A stretch of DNA of 64,000 nucleotides from Malacoraja senta (lineage: Eukaryota): contig CM075988.1 in NCBI GenBank assembly GCA_038087875.1, positions 1,736,001 to 1,800,000 of the forward strand, in the 5' to 3' direction. Positions 1-12,872 of this stretch are shown piece by piece. Within the stretch, counting starts at the first letter, position 1; every line of letters begins with the position of its first letter. The position numbers were made by a program, and so were the translations under genes. The notes beneath the pieces are model-generated. The model did not search any database and was not told the origin of the DNA. It saw nothing but the letters and a program-made list of their open reading frames with translations.

Positions 1-19
1 CTCTGCAGGGTCCCCGCTG

Positions 20-520
20 CCTGTCATATTAATGACTAGGATGAGAATGTAATGGGGATGCAATTAAGCTAAGGATGGTGTAGATGGAAGAAGTTACAAA
101 GAAATGTTGCCAGGACTGGAGAGTTTGAGTTAGGAGATACGAGTTTGAGCTGGGGCTGAGCAAAGGAAGTTGAGTGGTGACTTTTGGAGAGGCTCAAAAT
201 TATGAGGAGCTTGGCTAAAATAGATGGTACAATTTCTTTCCTGGGGTAGGGTAGTCAAAAACAAGAGAGTGCAGGCTTAAGGTAAAAGGGAATCCGAGGG
301 GCAAGCTTTTCACACAGCTTGGGGAGATGGAATGGACTGCCAGAGGAAGTGGTAATGTTGGATACATATATAACATTTCACAAAAACATTTGGACAGGTA
401 CATGGATAGGAAAGGTTCAGAGCTATAGACCAAATGCAGGTAAATTGGATTAGTGTAGATGGGCTTCTTGGTCAGCCTCGATGCAGAGGGCATTTCTCCG
501 TGCCGTGCCGCTCTGATTCT
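20..520 (+). mobile_element. Old CR1 LINE 3' fragment
   Basis: Degenerate similarity to the CR1 ORF2 C-terminus/3'UTR seen elsewhere in the window. Confidence 0.6.
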
Positions 521-674
521 GTAAACCTACTCAGATCTTGTCAGTCAAGACAAGATGTGTCTAACCTACACACTCTGCAGCACATCTCTGTGCTTCTGCC
601 ACTTCTGAGATGTTCTTCATTAGACTTGGCTAATGTTTGCTGTTGTGAGAGATGTGTACATTGCTGTCCCACAG

Positions 675-781
675 TGCGAGATGCTGCCGCCCGTCTGCCA
701 AACGGGGAAGGGACTCGCGCAGAGATTTGTGAGCTGCTGAAGGACTCCCAGTTCCTGGCTCCTGAGGTCACCAATGCCCAG
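675..781 (+). CDS. NFRKB: NFRKB (INO80 complex subunit) internal coding exon, 107 nt
   Basis: Encodes (V)RDAAARLPNGEGTRAEICELLKDSQFLAPEVTNAQ, nearly identical to the vertebrate NFRKB segment as I recall it. Acceptor ccacag ends at 674, donor gtaagg starts at 782. Neighbour is TMEM45B, as in human. Confidence 0.93.
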
Positions 782-1122
782 GTAAGGAGAAGCTGAAAGG
801 CAGACTGTGCATGCTGTTTGAGTTCAGAATTGAGAGTATCACAGCGGCCAGGAGGAGAATTGTGGTGATGTGGAGTTTAAACACGGTGAACGGAGGAGCT
901 GTGAATCTGCAGGGGGAGCAGGGAGGATGTTATCTTGTTGCACGTCCTCGAACCGCTTTGGATATAACACTGAGGTTGAAGATCACCCACGATCTTGATG
1001 AATGCTCTGACAGGTTCAGGGGGCCTGATGACTTACTCTTGTTTCCATTTCCTATGTAAGGTCCTCCGAGTTTTATAAGCATTCAGATGTTTGCAATAAA
1101 AGCAGAAGGAGGGCTATTGGAG

Positions 1123-1830
1123 AGGAGCCACAGTCTTAGAATAAAGGGGAGGCCATTTAAGACTGTGAGAAAAAACGTTTTCACCCAGAGAGTTGTGAAT
1201 TTGTGGAATTCCCTGCCACAGAGAGCAGTGGAGGCCAAATCACTGGGTGGATTTAAGAGAGTTAGATAGAGCTCTAGGGGCTAGTGGAATCAAGGGATAT
1301 GGGGAGAATAAAAGGGGAGATATGGGGAGAAGGCAGGCACGGGTTATTGATTGGGGACGATCAGCCATGATCACGATGAATGGTGGTGCTGGCTCGAAGG
1401 GCTGAATGGCCTCCTCCTGCACCTATTTTCTATGTTTCTATGAGTCTTCGGGATAGGATTTTCTCCCATTTAGTAGAGAATGGGTTAATTAGGGACAGAC
1501 AGCATGGCTTTGTACGTGGGAGGTCGTGTCTTACTAATTTGATCACATTTTTGGAGGAGTTGACGAAGGTGATCAATGAGGGGAGGGCAGTGCATGTTGT
1601 CTATGTGGATTTTAGTGAGGCTTTTGATGGTAAGCTGATCCTGAAGATTAAGATGCATGGAATTCTGTATGGATTCAGAATTGGCTTACTGATAGAAGAC
1701 AAGGGGTTGTGGTGGACGGACAATATTCAGACTGGAGGTTGTGACCAGTGGAGTTGTGCAGGGATCCGTGCTGGGACCTCTGCTTGTTATATATATGAAT
1801 GACGGATGTAAATGTAGACAGGTTGGTTAA
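1123..1830 (+). mobile_element. CR1 3' end (1123-1442) followed by an older CR1 RT fragment
   Basis: RIKGRPF...FTQRVVNLWNSLPQ and (TTTCTATG)n tail; then RDRQHGFVRGRSCLTNLI...VYVDFSEAFD. Confidence 0.85.
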
Positions 1831-1993
1831 TTATTTAGTTTTTTTAATTTAGAGATACAGCACGGGACATCCATCAGGGCCTCCCGCAGATTAGACTCAT
1901 TTTCCTTGCATTGCTACATGGTGACTCACCACAGTAATTTTTTTGAGATGTACTGTTATTACTGATATATTGATGTTAATGACTGTGAAGTGC

Positions 1994-2083
1994 CTCTCTC
2001 TCTCTCTCTCTCTCTCCCTCTCCCTCTCCCTCTCCCTCTTCCTCTCCCTCTCCCTCCCTCTCTCCCTCTCTCTCTCCCTCTCT
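1994..2083. repeat. (CT)n/(CCCTCT)n polypyrimidine microsatellite
   Basis: About 90 nt of pure C/T. Confidence 0.95.
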
Positions 2084-3697
2084 TGGGGCTACATTTGCTT
2101 CCTTGCAATCCAGAAGGAATAACTTCAGAATGTTCTTGACTAATCCATGAGCAACGTTTGTTCCCATTGCCCAGTTGCCCTTGAGGGTGGGTGGGTGGGT
2201 GGGTGGTGGTGAACTGCTGGTACTCTGGTGACAGTGCTCCCACACTGCTGTTGGCTGGGGATCTCCATCATGTAAACCCAGTGATGAGGAGGAAGTGGTG
2301 ACGTATTTCTAAGTCAGGATGGCACAGGACTCGTGGGGAGGCCGAGGGTGGTGGTGTTTCCTTGTGCCTGCTTCCGTTGCCCATAATGGTGAAAGTGGTG
2401 GTTAGGGAGATGCTGTCGCGGGAGCTGAAGCGAGAAAGTGTGGTGTACAAGGTTGTTGAATCACGCTGCACACTCCCTAACCACAGCCCCACCCAGCAAC
2501 TGGCTACTGTGGACTTTGTTTAAGGTGCACTACACACTATTCTGCTCCGGTCACTGAGTATTACAGATAAATGATTGTATTATTGATTGTTTATTTAAAT
2601 GTCGTGTTGCGTTAATGTGCCAGGAAAGCTGCAACAAGTAGGAGTGTCATTGTTCCGTTCCTGGTGCATTTGACATTCGCTCCTGCCTCTCTTGAGGAGG
2701 CATCGCTCACAGCTGCTGTACGCCAGTGTTGGAGGTAATGAATGTCAAGGCAGTTAAACAACCTACTTTATCCTGATGCTCTCAAGCTCTGAGTATGGTT
2801 GGCACAGCTTTTGTCCAGGCAAATGGATGGGTATTCCACCAATGAGCCATAGAAAGCTGGAGTAGGATCAGACCATGTAGCCCCCACAGCCTGCTCCACC
2901 ATTCGTCACAGAGGTACAGCAGACAATCAATCCTCCACCACTCTGCACGCCAACACCTCGACCCCTACACCTCCCCCCCCCCGATCCGGCCCAACCCCCT
3001 GATCACACCCATCCCCCGACCCCACCTCGGCTGATCACACCCATCCCCCGACCCCACTGCTGACCACCAAACACTCAGTTTTACTCGAATCCATTTTATT
3101 CTCACTACATTCCCATCAATTCCCCCCTTGATTGTACCACTCAGCTACACAGTGGGGCAATTTATGGCGGTCTAACTCACTTGGTCAGTGGCCGTGATCA
3201 GTGACACAGTGCAGGAGGTCGTGATTGAACCTGGGTCTCTGGAGCTGTGAGGCAGCGACTGCAGCAGTTGGTGCACCGTGTGGTTCTGTAAATTTTTAAT
3301 ATTCACTCTGATCGTGGCTGATCATCCACATTTAGTACCCTGTCCCAGCTTTCTCCCTTTACCTCGATGCCTCTGGCCTTCATATTAATATCCAATTCCT
3401 TCTGGATTATCCATTTATTTAGATGCAGCTACTTTCTGTTGTAGAGAATTCAGTTGAAGCTGATCATAGAACATTACAGCACAAGAACAGGCCCTTCGGC
3501 CCACAATGTCTGTGCCAAATATGATGCCAAGATAAATTACCTGCCTGCACATAATGCATTCCCCTCCATTCCCTGCATATCTATGTATCTATCCAAAAGC
3601 CCCTTAAAAATCTCTATCATAATTACCTCCATCGTCACCCCTGGCAATGCTTTCTAGGACCCACCAACCTCTGTGTAAAAAAAACTTGTGTTGCACA

Positions 3698-3949
3698 TCT
3701 ATCTATCTATATACTATTAAAACTCTGTGTGTGTGTTTGTGGGTGTCACATTTGCCCTTTGATTCCTTGGTCCGCCAAAACCACACGCGAAAACTCCCAC
3801 ACACTCATTTTAAAATCTAAACGGGACTTACGAGCTGCTGACGTCACAATCCCACATGCCGACCAATCGAAGCCGCTTCTCTCTCTCTTCATTTGGCAGC
3901 CCGGCTCTTCCGCCCCCCCCTCCAACTACGCTCGCGCCGCGCCTCCCAC
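3698..3949 (+). mobile_element. Possible non-autonomous Helitron 5' end, cut by the gap
   Basis: Starts A|TCTATATACTATTAAAACTCT, resembling Helitron TC 5' termini; CpG-rich interior. Confidence 0.4.
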
Positions 3950-4149
3950 NNNNNNNNNNNNNNNNNNNNNNNNNNNNNNNNNNNNNNNNNNNNNNNNNNN
4001 NNNNNNNNNNNNNNNNNNNNNNNNNNNNNNNNNNNNNNNNNNNNNNNNNNNNNNNNNNNNNNNNNNNNNNNNNNNNNNNNNNNNNNNNNNNNNNNNNNNN
4101 NNNNNNNNNNNNNNNNNNNNNNNNNNNNNNNNNNNNNNNNNNNNNNNNN
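3950..4149. other. Assembly gap (200 N, probably a placeholder length)
   Basis: Run of exactly 200 N; different truncated elements on either side. Confidence 0.99.
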
Positions 4150-5512
4150 GCTCCATTACAAGCTGCTCTAAGAATCCATCTCGGAGGCATTCTACAAACT
4201 CTCTTTCTTGGGGTCCTGAACCAACCTGATTTTCCCAGTCTACCTGCATATTGAAATCCCCCATCACCACAGTGGCATTACCTTTGTTACATGCCAGTTT
4301 TAACTCCTGCTGCAACTTACACCCTACATCCCGGGCTACTATTTGGGCGTCTGTAAATAACACCAATTAGTGTCTTCTTGCCTTTGCAATTCCTCAACTC
4401 AATCCACAGTGACTCTACCTCGTCAGTCCCTATGTCTTCCCTCGCAAGGGACTAAATACCATCCCTCACCAGCAGAGCTACCCCCCCCCCCCTCCTCTGC
4501 CCACCTGCCTGTCCTTTCTATAGGGTGTATAACCCTGAATATTAAGTTCCCATGTCCGATCTTCCTGCAGCCACGTCTCAGTAATCCCCACAATGTTATA
4601 TCTACCAACCTCTAACTAAGCCTCAAGCTCATCTACTTTACTTCTTATACTTCACGCATTCATATACAATACTTTTAATTCCTTACGCATCTCACCTTTC
4701 ACATCGATCCCTATTACCCTTGGCCATACTCTCCTATCCCTTTGTGAGCTTCCTTTCCCGTTAATTCTGGGGGTCATTAACCATCCCTTTACTCTTTTTC
4801 CCTTTAACCCCATCCTCGACTATCCCATTTGACACCCCACCCCCCTTATCTAGTTTAAAACCACCCGTGTAGCAGTGGCAAACCTGCCTGCCAGAATTCT
4901 GGTCCCCCACCTGTTAAGATGCAATCCGTCCCTTTTGTACAGTTCCCCCTTACTCCAAAACAGATCCCAGTGGTCTAAGAATCTAAATCCCTGCCCCCTG
5001 CACCAGTTCCTCAGCCACACATTCAGGTCCCATATCTCCCTGTTCCTGCTCTCGCCAGCACGAGGAACTGGAAGCAAACCGGAGATAACAACCCTGGAGG
5101 TCCTGCTTTTCAGCATTTTTCCGAGCTCTCTAAAGTCATGCTTCAGAATATTCATTCCCTTCTTTCCGACATCGTTTGTGCCGACATGCACTACCACTTC
5201 CGGCTGTTCACCTTCGCCCTTGAGGATTTTCTGCACTCTGTCCATGACATCCTGGCACCCGGGAGGCAGCACACCATCCTCGAATCCCGTCTGTTGCCGC
5301 AGAAACCCCTGTCCATACCTCTCACAATGGAGTCTCCAACTACAATTGCCTGACGTTGGCCTCTTTGGTTTTGGCTCAACAGCCCTTTTTGCTTCGCAAG
5401 CCAGTCCGCCGCTCAGTGTGATAACGTCTTCTGTCCCGACAGCTTCTAAGTGGGTGAACCTGTTCACAAGAGGTACAACACCCGGCGACGTTTGCATTCC
5501 ATCTCTCCCTTT
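4150..5512 (-). mobile_element. CR1 LINE: ORF1 SGNH esterase region and start of ORF2 endonuclease, truncated by the gap
   Basis: AIVVGDSIVRG, VVVHVGTND, DGLHL motifs; downstream VDITLW...MGDFNMQVDW; frameshifted. Confidence 0.92.
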
Positions 5513-5940
5513 CTCACAAAATATTGGAGCAACTCAGCAGGACGGGCAGCATCTTTGGAGAAGAATGCCGCATGTCCCGCTGAGTTACTCTAGCTTTTTG
5601 CGTTTCACGTGATGACAGCTGGATCTACAACTCCACCATTTGAAAAGGCCACTCGTGAGAAGCTGTTTTAGTGCAGCCAGGTCAGCTGCTGAGGATTTTA
5701 GTCATGTTTAAGAACACACACCATTCCCTCTTCCACCCCTCACCGTCCCCTCTGCCACCCTGCCTCCTCACTGTCTTATCTCCGCCCTCTCCCTCTCCCA
5801 CCCGTCTCCAACCCCTCACTGTCACCATCACCCCTCATTGTTCCACCCACTGCTGATTGATTCCGTCACTGGTCCTGCTGCTGCTGCCCATCACTGTCCT
5901 GCTTGCCCTCTCTCCTCCCTGCCAATGAGTTTAAAAATTC

Positions 5941-6225
5941 AGCACGGTGGCGCAGCAGCAGAGTTTGCACTAGAGACTCTACAGACAGCACCCATAGTCA
6001 GTATTGAACCAGAGTTTGTACATTGTAGTGACCCCATGGGTTTTCCCCAGGTGCTCCAGTTTCCTCCCACACCCCAAAGACGCACAGATTTGTAGGTTAA
6101 ATGGCATCTGTAAAAATTGTAAATTGTCCCAAGTGTGTGGTAGTGTGTGGGGATTGCTGGTCAGTGCGGACTCAGTGGGTTGGAGAGCCTGTTTCCGCGC
6201 TGAATCTCTAAACTAAACTAAACTA
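5941..6225 (+). mobile_element. HE1-like V-SINE (internally deleted)
   Basis: tRNA-like head gcacggtggcgcag, core gtttcctcccaca...aaagac, (TAAAC)n tail. Confidence 0.85.
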
Positions 6226-6590
6226 CACGTGGGTTCTTAGTCGATGGAATAAGAGTGATGGGCAAAAATGCCTGTGTCTGTTGTGACAAGGAAAAGATTA
6301 TCGTATCTTCAGCCCTTCTACCCAGAGCTCAGTTGTAGTTTCCGTATCAGCCTTTAGCCCACAAGAGGTCATAGCTTCACAATTAAAGGAGGAGGAGTTT
6401 TTTTAGTCACAATGTGATGAATCTCAAATTAATTGCAACAGTAGGCAGAGGAGGCCAAGTCTATGGATATTTTTAGGGCAGAGATGGATAGATTTTTGAT
6501 TAGTACAGGTGTCAGGGGTTCTGGGGAGAAAGCAGGAGAATGGAGTTAGGAGGGAAAGATCAATTAGCCATGATTGAATGGCAAAGTGGG

Positions 6591-6908
6591 TTTAGTTTAG
6601 AGATACAGCGCTGAAACAGGCCCTTCGGCCCACCGGGTCCGCGCCGACCAGCGATCCCCGCACATTAACACTATCCTACACTCACTAGGGAATTAAAAAA
6701 AAACATTTACCAAGCCTATAAACCTTCAAACCTTGTACGTATTTGAAGTGTGGAAGGAAACCGAAGATCTCGGAGAAAACCCACACAGGTTACGGGGAGA
6801 ACGTACAAACTCCGTACAGACAGCACCCACACACGTAGTCGGGATCGAACCTGGGTCTCTGGCGCTGCATTCACTGTAAGGCAGCAACTCTACCGCTGCG
6901 CCACCGTG
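6591..6908 (-). mobile_element. HE1-like V-SINE, full length
   Basis: On -: A-box tggcgcagcgg, B-box ggttcgatccc, core domain, CR1-like 3' end with (TAAAC)n. Confidence 0.92.
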
Positions 6909-7029
6909 ACTTGATGGGTTGAATGCCCTAATTCTGCTCCTTTCATTTATGAACCACAACTTTTTCCAATTCTCTGTCACTTTAATTCTCCATACTCCCA
7001 TACTCCCATTATGATCTACCCTAATGTTA

Positions 7030-7392
7030 CATAGAAAATAGGTGCAGGAGGAGGCCATTCGGCCCTTTGAGCCAGCACCGCCATTCATTGTGATCATCCC
7101 CTATCAATAACCCGTGCCTGCCTTCTCCCCAATATCCCCTGACTCCACTAGCCCCTGGAGCTCTATCTAACTCTCTCTTAAATCCATCCAGTGATTTGAC
7201 CTCCACTGCCCTCTGTGGCAAGGAATTCCACAAATTCACAATTCTCTGGGTGAAAAAGTTTTTTCTCACCTCTGTCCCAAATGGCCTCCCCTTTATTCTA
7301 AGACTGTGGCCCCTGGTTCTGGACTCGCCCAACATTGGGAACATTTTTCCTGCATCTAGCTGGTCGAGTCCTTTTATAATTTTATATGTTTC
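7030..7392 (-). mobile_element. CR1 3' end
   Basis: ETYKIIKGLDQLDAGKMFP...NLWNSLPQ and 3'UTR ending ttttctatgt. Confidence 0.9.
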
Positions 7393-7580
7393 AATACTGC
7401 CCAACAGAAGCTGAAGGAGCAGCACCTCATTTTCAATCTGGACACGTTGCATCTCTTGCAGTTTAATGTTGACTCTAGCAGTTCCGTCCGGTTGGTGCAG
7501 GACCTGCCCAGTTATATTCCGGCACTGCCACCTGCTGGTCAAATCAGCAATGCAGACGGCTGGAGCTAGAGGAGCACTAA

Positions 7581-8374
7581 TGGGCCTGTCCCACTTACGC
7601 GACTGCAGGAGACTCCGTGGTCGCCACATGTTCACTGGTGGTTGCCGGGGAGTCGCCTTCATGGTCGTGAGGAGTTCCCGCATTCTGGGAACTAGTCGCG
7701 GCCTCATTATGGTCACCGCAAATTTTTCAACATGATGAAAAAATAGCGTCGACCAGAATGAAGCCGCCATGAAGAGTAGCGAGAATTCTCGTGCCGTAGG
7801 TGGGTCGCCAGGAGGTCCTAGTGGGTCACCAGCAGGTCGAAGGTTCTCGTAGGTTGTAGCCAGTGCTGACTGGTGAATTTCATTGGCTCATTAGGGAAAA
7901 AAAACGTGAGCAGTAGTAAGCAGGATAACCGACTGGTAATGTTAATGTCCGCCGAGCTTCACAGCCGTGTATCTCTGGCTTCTTAAAAGTTGTCTTCACT
8001 CCTCCCCCCTTCTCCCACTTTTCACCCCCCTCTTTTAAAGGACTTGCGTGACCCTTCCCGTACACTGTGCTTTCACCGTCTTAATTACAGCGCCAACCTT
8101 CCTGTTCATCGCAGTGTGTGTCTGTATCACATTGGCTTTGCACCATATGAATTTCACTCAGACAGCGCTCCCCCCGCTTGCCCTGTCCCCCGCCTGCATA
8201 ACGGGCTGGTGAAGGAAGTTGTGTGTGTGTGTGTGCATGTGCGTGTGCGTGTGCGTGCGCGCGTGCGTGCGTGCGTGTGTTCCACTCCGATAGTCACCGT
8301 TTTTTCATGTGACTGCCGGCGACTTGAAAGTCGACGGCAGTCGCCTGAAGAATTGCCTAAGTGGGACAGGCCCA
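7581..8374. mobile_element. PIF/Harbinger-type MITE (794 bp)
   Basis: TIR TGGGCCTGTCCCACTTA / TAAGTGGGACAGGCCCA, TAA TSD on both sides; internal (TG)/(CG) tract 8220-8280. Confidence 0.92.
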
Positions 8375-8460
8375 TAATATTCCATACAGTGTTTGGCTGA
8401 GAGGGGATTGTTGAGTGTAGAAACAATTTTTAAAACAAGTGACATTTTTAAACCTGAAGC

Positions 8461-8640
8461 TGTAGCGGACGCGGAGTTGTCTCTTAAAGAACGGGGCAAA
8501 CACGAAGTTTGTCCAAAATTGTTATCCTTTATCGCTACACGAATTCTCCTCACTCACCAACCCCGTGCATGCGCGATTAACCCCTTAAATACTCCACAGG
8601 GGCACCCGTGACCACACCGTGACCACTACCTCTCGTCACA
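8461..8640 (-). mobile_element. Possible short solo LTR
   Basis: On -: TGTGACG...CGCTACA termini with TATTTAAG and GATAAA inside; CpG-rich. No TSD found. Confidence 0.3.
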
Positions 8641-9021
8641 GACACACTTGACCCCCCAAGAGCGTGGCCCATCACCTGGTGCTGCCACAACGCATTCTTC
8701 AAAGGGAAATCAATGTGACCACAAGCTCCAAGTACAAGTGTGAACAACCTGTGGGTCTTTGTGTTCACTCACCTGACAGGGCCTGTTCTTTATTCCCCTC
8801 TACTCATTTATGTATTTATAAAACAATTTCCTTGATTTTACCTGCTAATGTTTATCATACCCTTCCGAATACTATTTTGTTCTTGATGTAACCTGGGCAC
8901 TTTCTCCATCTTGCTGAGCTCTGTAAGCTTGTGATTTTGGTATTTATCGTTAATGTTGGGAATGTTCAGCAGGTCGAACAGCCTCTGCAGAGACAGATAC
9001 TCGGCATTCCAGGTGGGAAAA

Positions 9022-9309
9022 TTTAGTTTAGAGATACTGCGCAGAAACAGGCCCTTCGGCCCACCAAGTCTACGCCAACCAGCGATCCCCGCACATTAAC
9101 ACCACACTAGGGACAATTTACATTTATACCAAGCTAATTAACCTACAAACCTGTACTTCTTTGGAGTGTGGGAGGAAACCGAAGATCGCGGAGAAAACCC
9201 ACGCAGGTCATGGGGCGAACGTATAAACCTCGTGCAGACAGCATCCGTAGTCAACATCGAACCCTGGTCTCTGGCGCTGTAAAGGCGGCAACTCTCGTGC
9301 TGCGCCACC
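9022..9309 (-). mobile_element. HE1-like V-SINE
   Basis: Aligns by eye with 6591-6908. Confidence 0.9.
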
Positions 9310-9417
9310 CAGAAAACTGAAAACTAAAACATGGAGCTGTTGTGTTTGTATCTCAGATTTGCACAGAAAGAGGGATGTCTATGACAGTGCTGAGACCAGA
9401 CGATAATGGGTCTCAAG

Positions 9418-12400
9418 AGCAGAGAGGCAGGGGGGTGTAAAATGAAGGTAGAAGCAATAGGTAGCAAGGTGAAAAGTAAAAGTGGCAGGCAGACAAATCC
9501 AGGGCAAAAATCAAAAGGCCACTTTTCAACATAATTGTATAAGGGGTAAGAGTGTTGTAAAGACAAGCCTGAAGGCTTTGTATCTTAATGCAAGGAGCAT
9601 TCGTAATAAGGTGGATGAGTTGAATGTGCAGATAGTTATTAATGAATATGATATAGTTGGGATCACGGAGACATGGCTCCAGGGTGACCAAGGCTGGGAG
9701 CTGAACATTCAGGGATATTCAATATTCAGGAGGGATAGACAGAAAGGAAAAGGAGGCGGGGTAGCGTTGCTGGTTAGAGAGGAGATTAACACAACAGAAA
9801 GGAAGGACATTAGCTTGGAGGATGTGGAATCGATATGGGTAGAGCTGCGAAACACTAAGGGGCAGAAAACGCTAGTGGGAGTGGTGTACCGGCCACCTAA
9901 CAGTAGTAGTGGAGTTGGGGATGGCATCAAACAGGAAATTAGAAATGCGTGCAACAAAGGTAAAACCATTATAATGGGTGACTTCAATCTACATATAGAT
10001 TGGGTGAATCAAATTGGCAGGGGTGCTGAGGAAGAGGATTACTTGGAATGTATGCGGGATAGTTTTCTAAACCAACATGTAGAAGAACCAACGAGAGAGC
10101 AGGCTATTCTAGACTGGGTATTGAGTAATGAGGAAGGGTTAGTTAGCAGTCTTGTTGTGCGTGGCCCCTTGGGCAAGAGTGACCATAATATGGTTGAGTT
10201 CTTCATTAGGATGGAGAGTGACATTGTTAATTCAGAAACAAAGGTCCTGAACGTAAAGAAAGGTAACTTTGAGGGTATGAGACGTGAATTGGCCAAGATA
10301 GACTGGCCAATGATTCTTAAAGGGTTGACGGTGGATATGCAATGGAAGGCATTTAAAAACTGCATGGATGAACTACAACAAGTGTTCATCCCAGTTTGGC
10401 AAAAGAATAAATCAGGGAAGGTAGTGCATCTGTGGATAACAAGGGAAATCAGGGATAGTATCAAAACAAAAGAGGAACCCTACAAATTAGCCAGAACAAG
10501 CAGCCTACCAGAGGACTGGGAGAAATTCAGAGTCCAGCAGAGGAGGACAAAAGGCTTAATTAGGAAAGGGAAAATAGATTATGAAAGAAAACTGGCAGGG
10601 AACATAAAAACTGACTGCAAAAGTTTTTCTAGATATGTCAAGAGGAAAAGATTAGTTAAAACAAATGTAGGTCCCTTGCAGTCAGAAACAGGCAAATTGA
10701 TCATGGGGAACAAGGACATGGCAGACCAATTGAATAATTACTTTGGTTCTGTCTTCACTAAGGAAGACATAAATAATCTGCCGGAAATAGCAAGGGACCG
10801 GGGGTTAAATGAGATGGAGGAACTGAGTGAAATCCAGGTTAGTCGGGAAGTGGTGTTAGGTAAATTGAATGGATTAAAGGCCGATAAATCGCCAGGGCCG
10901 GGTAAGTTGCATCCCACAGTAGTTAAGGAAGTAGCCGCAGAAATAGTGGATGCATTAGTGATAATTTTTCAAAACTCTTTAGATTCTGGAGTAGTTCCTG
11001 AGGACTGGAGGGTAGCTAATGTAACCCCACTTTTTAAAAGGGAGGGAGAGAGAAAACAGGGAATTACAGACCAGTTAGTCTAACATCGGTGGTGGGGAAA
11101 ATTCTGGAGTCAGTTATTAAAGATGGGATAGCAGCACATTTGGAAAGTGGCGAGTTCATTGGACAAAGTCAGCATGGATTTATGAAAGGTAAATCATGTC
11201 TGACGAATCTTATAGAATTTTTCGAGGATGTAACTAGTAGAGTGGATAAGGGAGAACCAGTGGATGTGTTATATCTGGACTTTCAGAAGGCTTTCGACAA
11301 GGTCCCACATAAGAGATTAGCATACAAACTTAAAGCACATGGTATTGGGGGTTCAGTATTGATGTGGATAGAGAACTGGCTGGCAGACAGGAAGCAAAGA
11401 GTAGGAGTAAACGGGTCCTTTTCAGAATGGCAGGCAGTGACTAGTGGGGTACCGCAAGGCTCAGTGCTGGGACCCCAGCTATTTACAATATATATTAATG
11501 ATCTGGATGAGGGAATTGAATGCAACATCTCCAAGTTTGCGGATGACACGAAGCTGGGGGGCAGTGTTAGCTCTGAGGAGGATGCTAGGAGGCTGCAAGG
11601 TGACTTGGATAGGTTGGGTGAGTGGGCAAAGGCATGGCAGATGCAGTATAATGTGGATAAATGTGAGGTTATCCACTTTGGTGGCAAAAACAGGAAAGTA
11701 GACTATTATCTGAATGGTGGCCGATTAGGAAAAGGGGAGATGCAACGAGACCTGGGTGTCATGGTACACCAGTCATTGAAAGTAGGAATGCAGGTGCAGC
11801 AGGCAGTGAAGAAAGCAAATGGTATGTTAGCATTCATAGCAAAAGGATTTGAGTATAAGAGCAGGGAGGTTCTACTGCAGTTGTACAGGGTCTTGGTGAG
11901 ACCACACCTGGAGTATTGCGTACAGTTTTGGTCTCCTAATCTGAGGAAAGACATTCTTGCCATAGAGGGAGTACAGAAAAGGTTCACCAGACTGATTCCT
12001 GGGATGGCAGGACTTTCATATGAGGAAAGACTGGATACTCGGCTTGTACACGTTGGAATTCAGAAGACTGAGGGGGGATCTTATAGAAACTTACAAAATT
12101 CTTAAGGGGTTGGACAGGCTAGATGCAGGAAGATTATTCCCGATGTTGGGGAAGTCCAGAACTAGGGGTCACCGTTTAAGGATAAGAGGGAAGACTTTTA
12201 GGACCGAGATGAGGAAATCATTGTTTACACAGAGAGTGGTGAATCTGTGGAATTCTCTGCCACAGAAGGTAGTTGAGGCCAGTTCATTGGCTATATTTAA
12301 GAGGGAGTTAGATGTGGCCCTTGTGGCTAAAGGGATCAGGGGGTATGGAGAGAAGGCAGGTACAGGATACTGAGTTGGATGATCAGCCATGATCGTATTG

Positions 12401-12459
12401 AATGGCGGTGCAGGCTCGAAGGGCCGAATGGCCTACTCCTGCACCTATTTTCTATGTTT
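9418..12459 (+). mobile_element. Young CR1 (HER1-like) LINE, 5'-truncated, near-complete ORF2 (APE endonuclease + RT)
   Basis: YLNARSIRNK, GITETW, GDFN, SDH; RT QHGF, LDFQKAFD, GVPQGSVLGP, FADD. Frameshifts near 11040 and 12035; stop at 12373; TTTCTATG tail. Confidence 0.97.
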
Positions 12460-12532
12460 CAAAATAAAAAAATAAATGTGCTTCTGGTGTTGGATGATAA
12501 AGAAATGCAGAATGGTTCATTGTTTGTTAAGG

Positions 12533-12872
12533 GGAAGGTGACAACGAGGCATACAAACTCATATTTAATCAGGAGGGCAGTGAAACTAGTCGGAGAACTA
12601 GGGGATGGATGGAGAGGGAGGGAAAGCAAGGGTTATTTGAAGTCAGAAAAATCAATATCACTGGAGTGTAAGCTGCCCAATTGAAATATGACGTGCTGTT
12701 CCTCCAATTTATGTTGAATTACTCTGACAATGGGGAGGCCCAGGACAGAAAGGTCAGTTACAGTTAAAGTCCTGAGCAACCAGGAGATCCGGTCAGCCTA
12801 GGCAAACTGAGCAGAGGTATTCAGTGAAAGGATCGCTGAGCCTGCGCTTGGTCTCGCCCATATAGACGAGTC
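12533..12872 (-). mobile_element. Penelope-like element, GIY-YIG end and 3'UTR fragment
   Basis: On -: VYMGETKRRLSDPFTEYL...LEEQHVIFQLGSL; matches the copies at 20456-20985 and 50277-51330. Confidence 0.85.

Noticed and set aside
434..796. 120-aa ORF as a stand-alone gene
   Set aside because: Only 675-781 is NFRKB-like and splice-bounded; the rest is intron and TE sequence.
1959..2245. RG/EG-repeat proteins
   Set aside because: Translations of the CT microsatellite.
3729..4366. ORFs spanning the N run
   Set aside because: Artefacts of translating through the gap.
6840..6908. tRNA genes (A/B boxes here and in other copies)
   Set aside because: These are SINE heads running into the V-core and LINE-like tail; no complete cloverleaf.
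8767..8775. Perfect CAG|GTGAGT donor on -
   Set aside because: No associated coding frame or acceptor identified; such 9-mers occur by chance.
9482..12373. Active or domesticated reverse transcriptase gene
   Set aside because: 5'-truncated, no ORF1, at least two frameshifts; an ordinary young CR1 copy.
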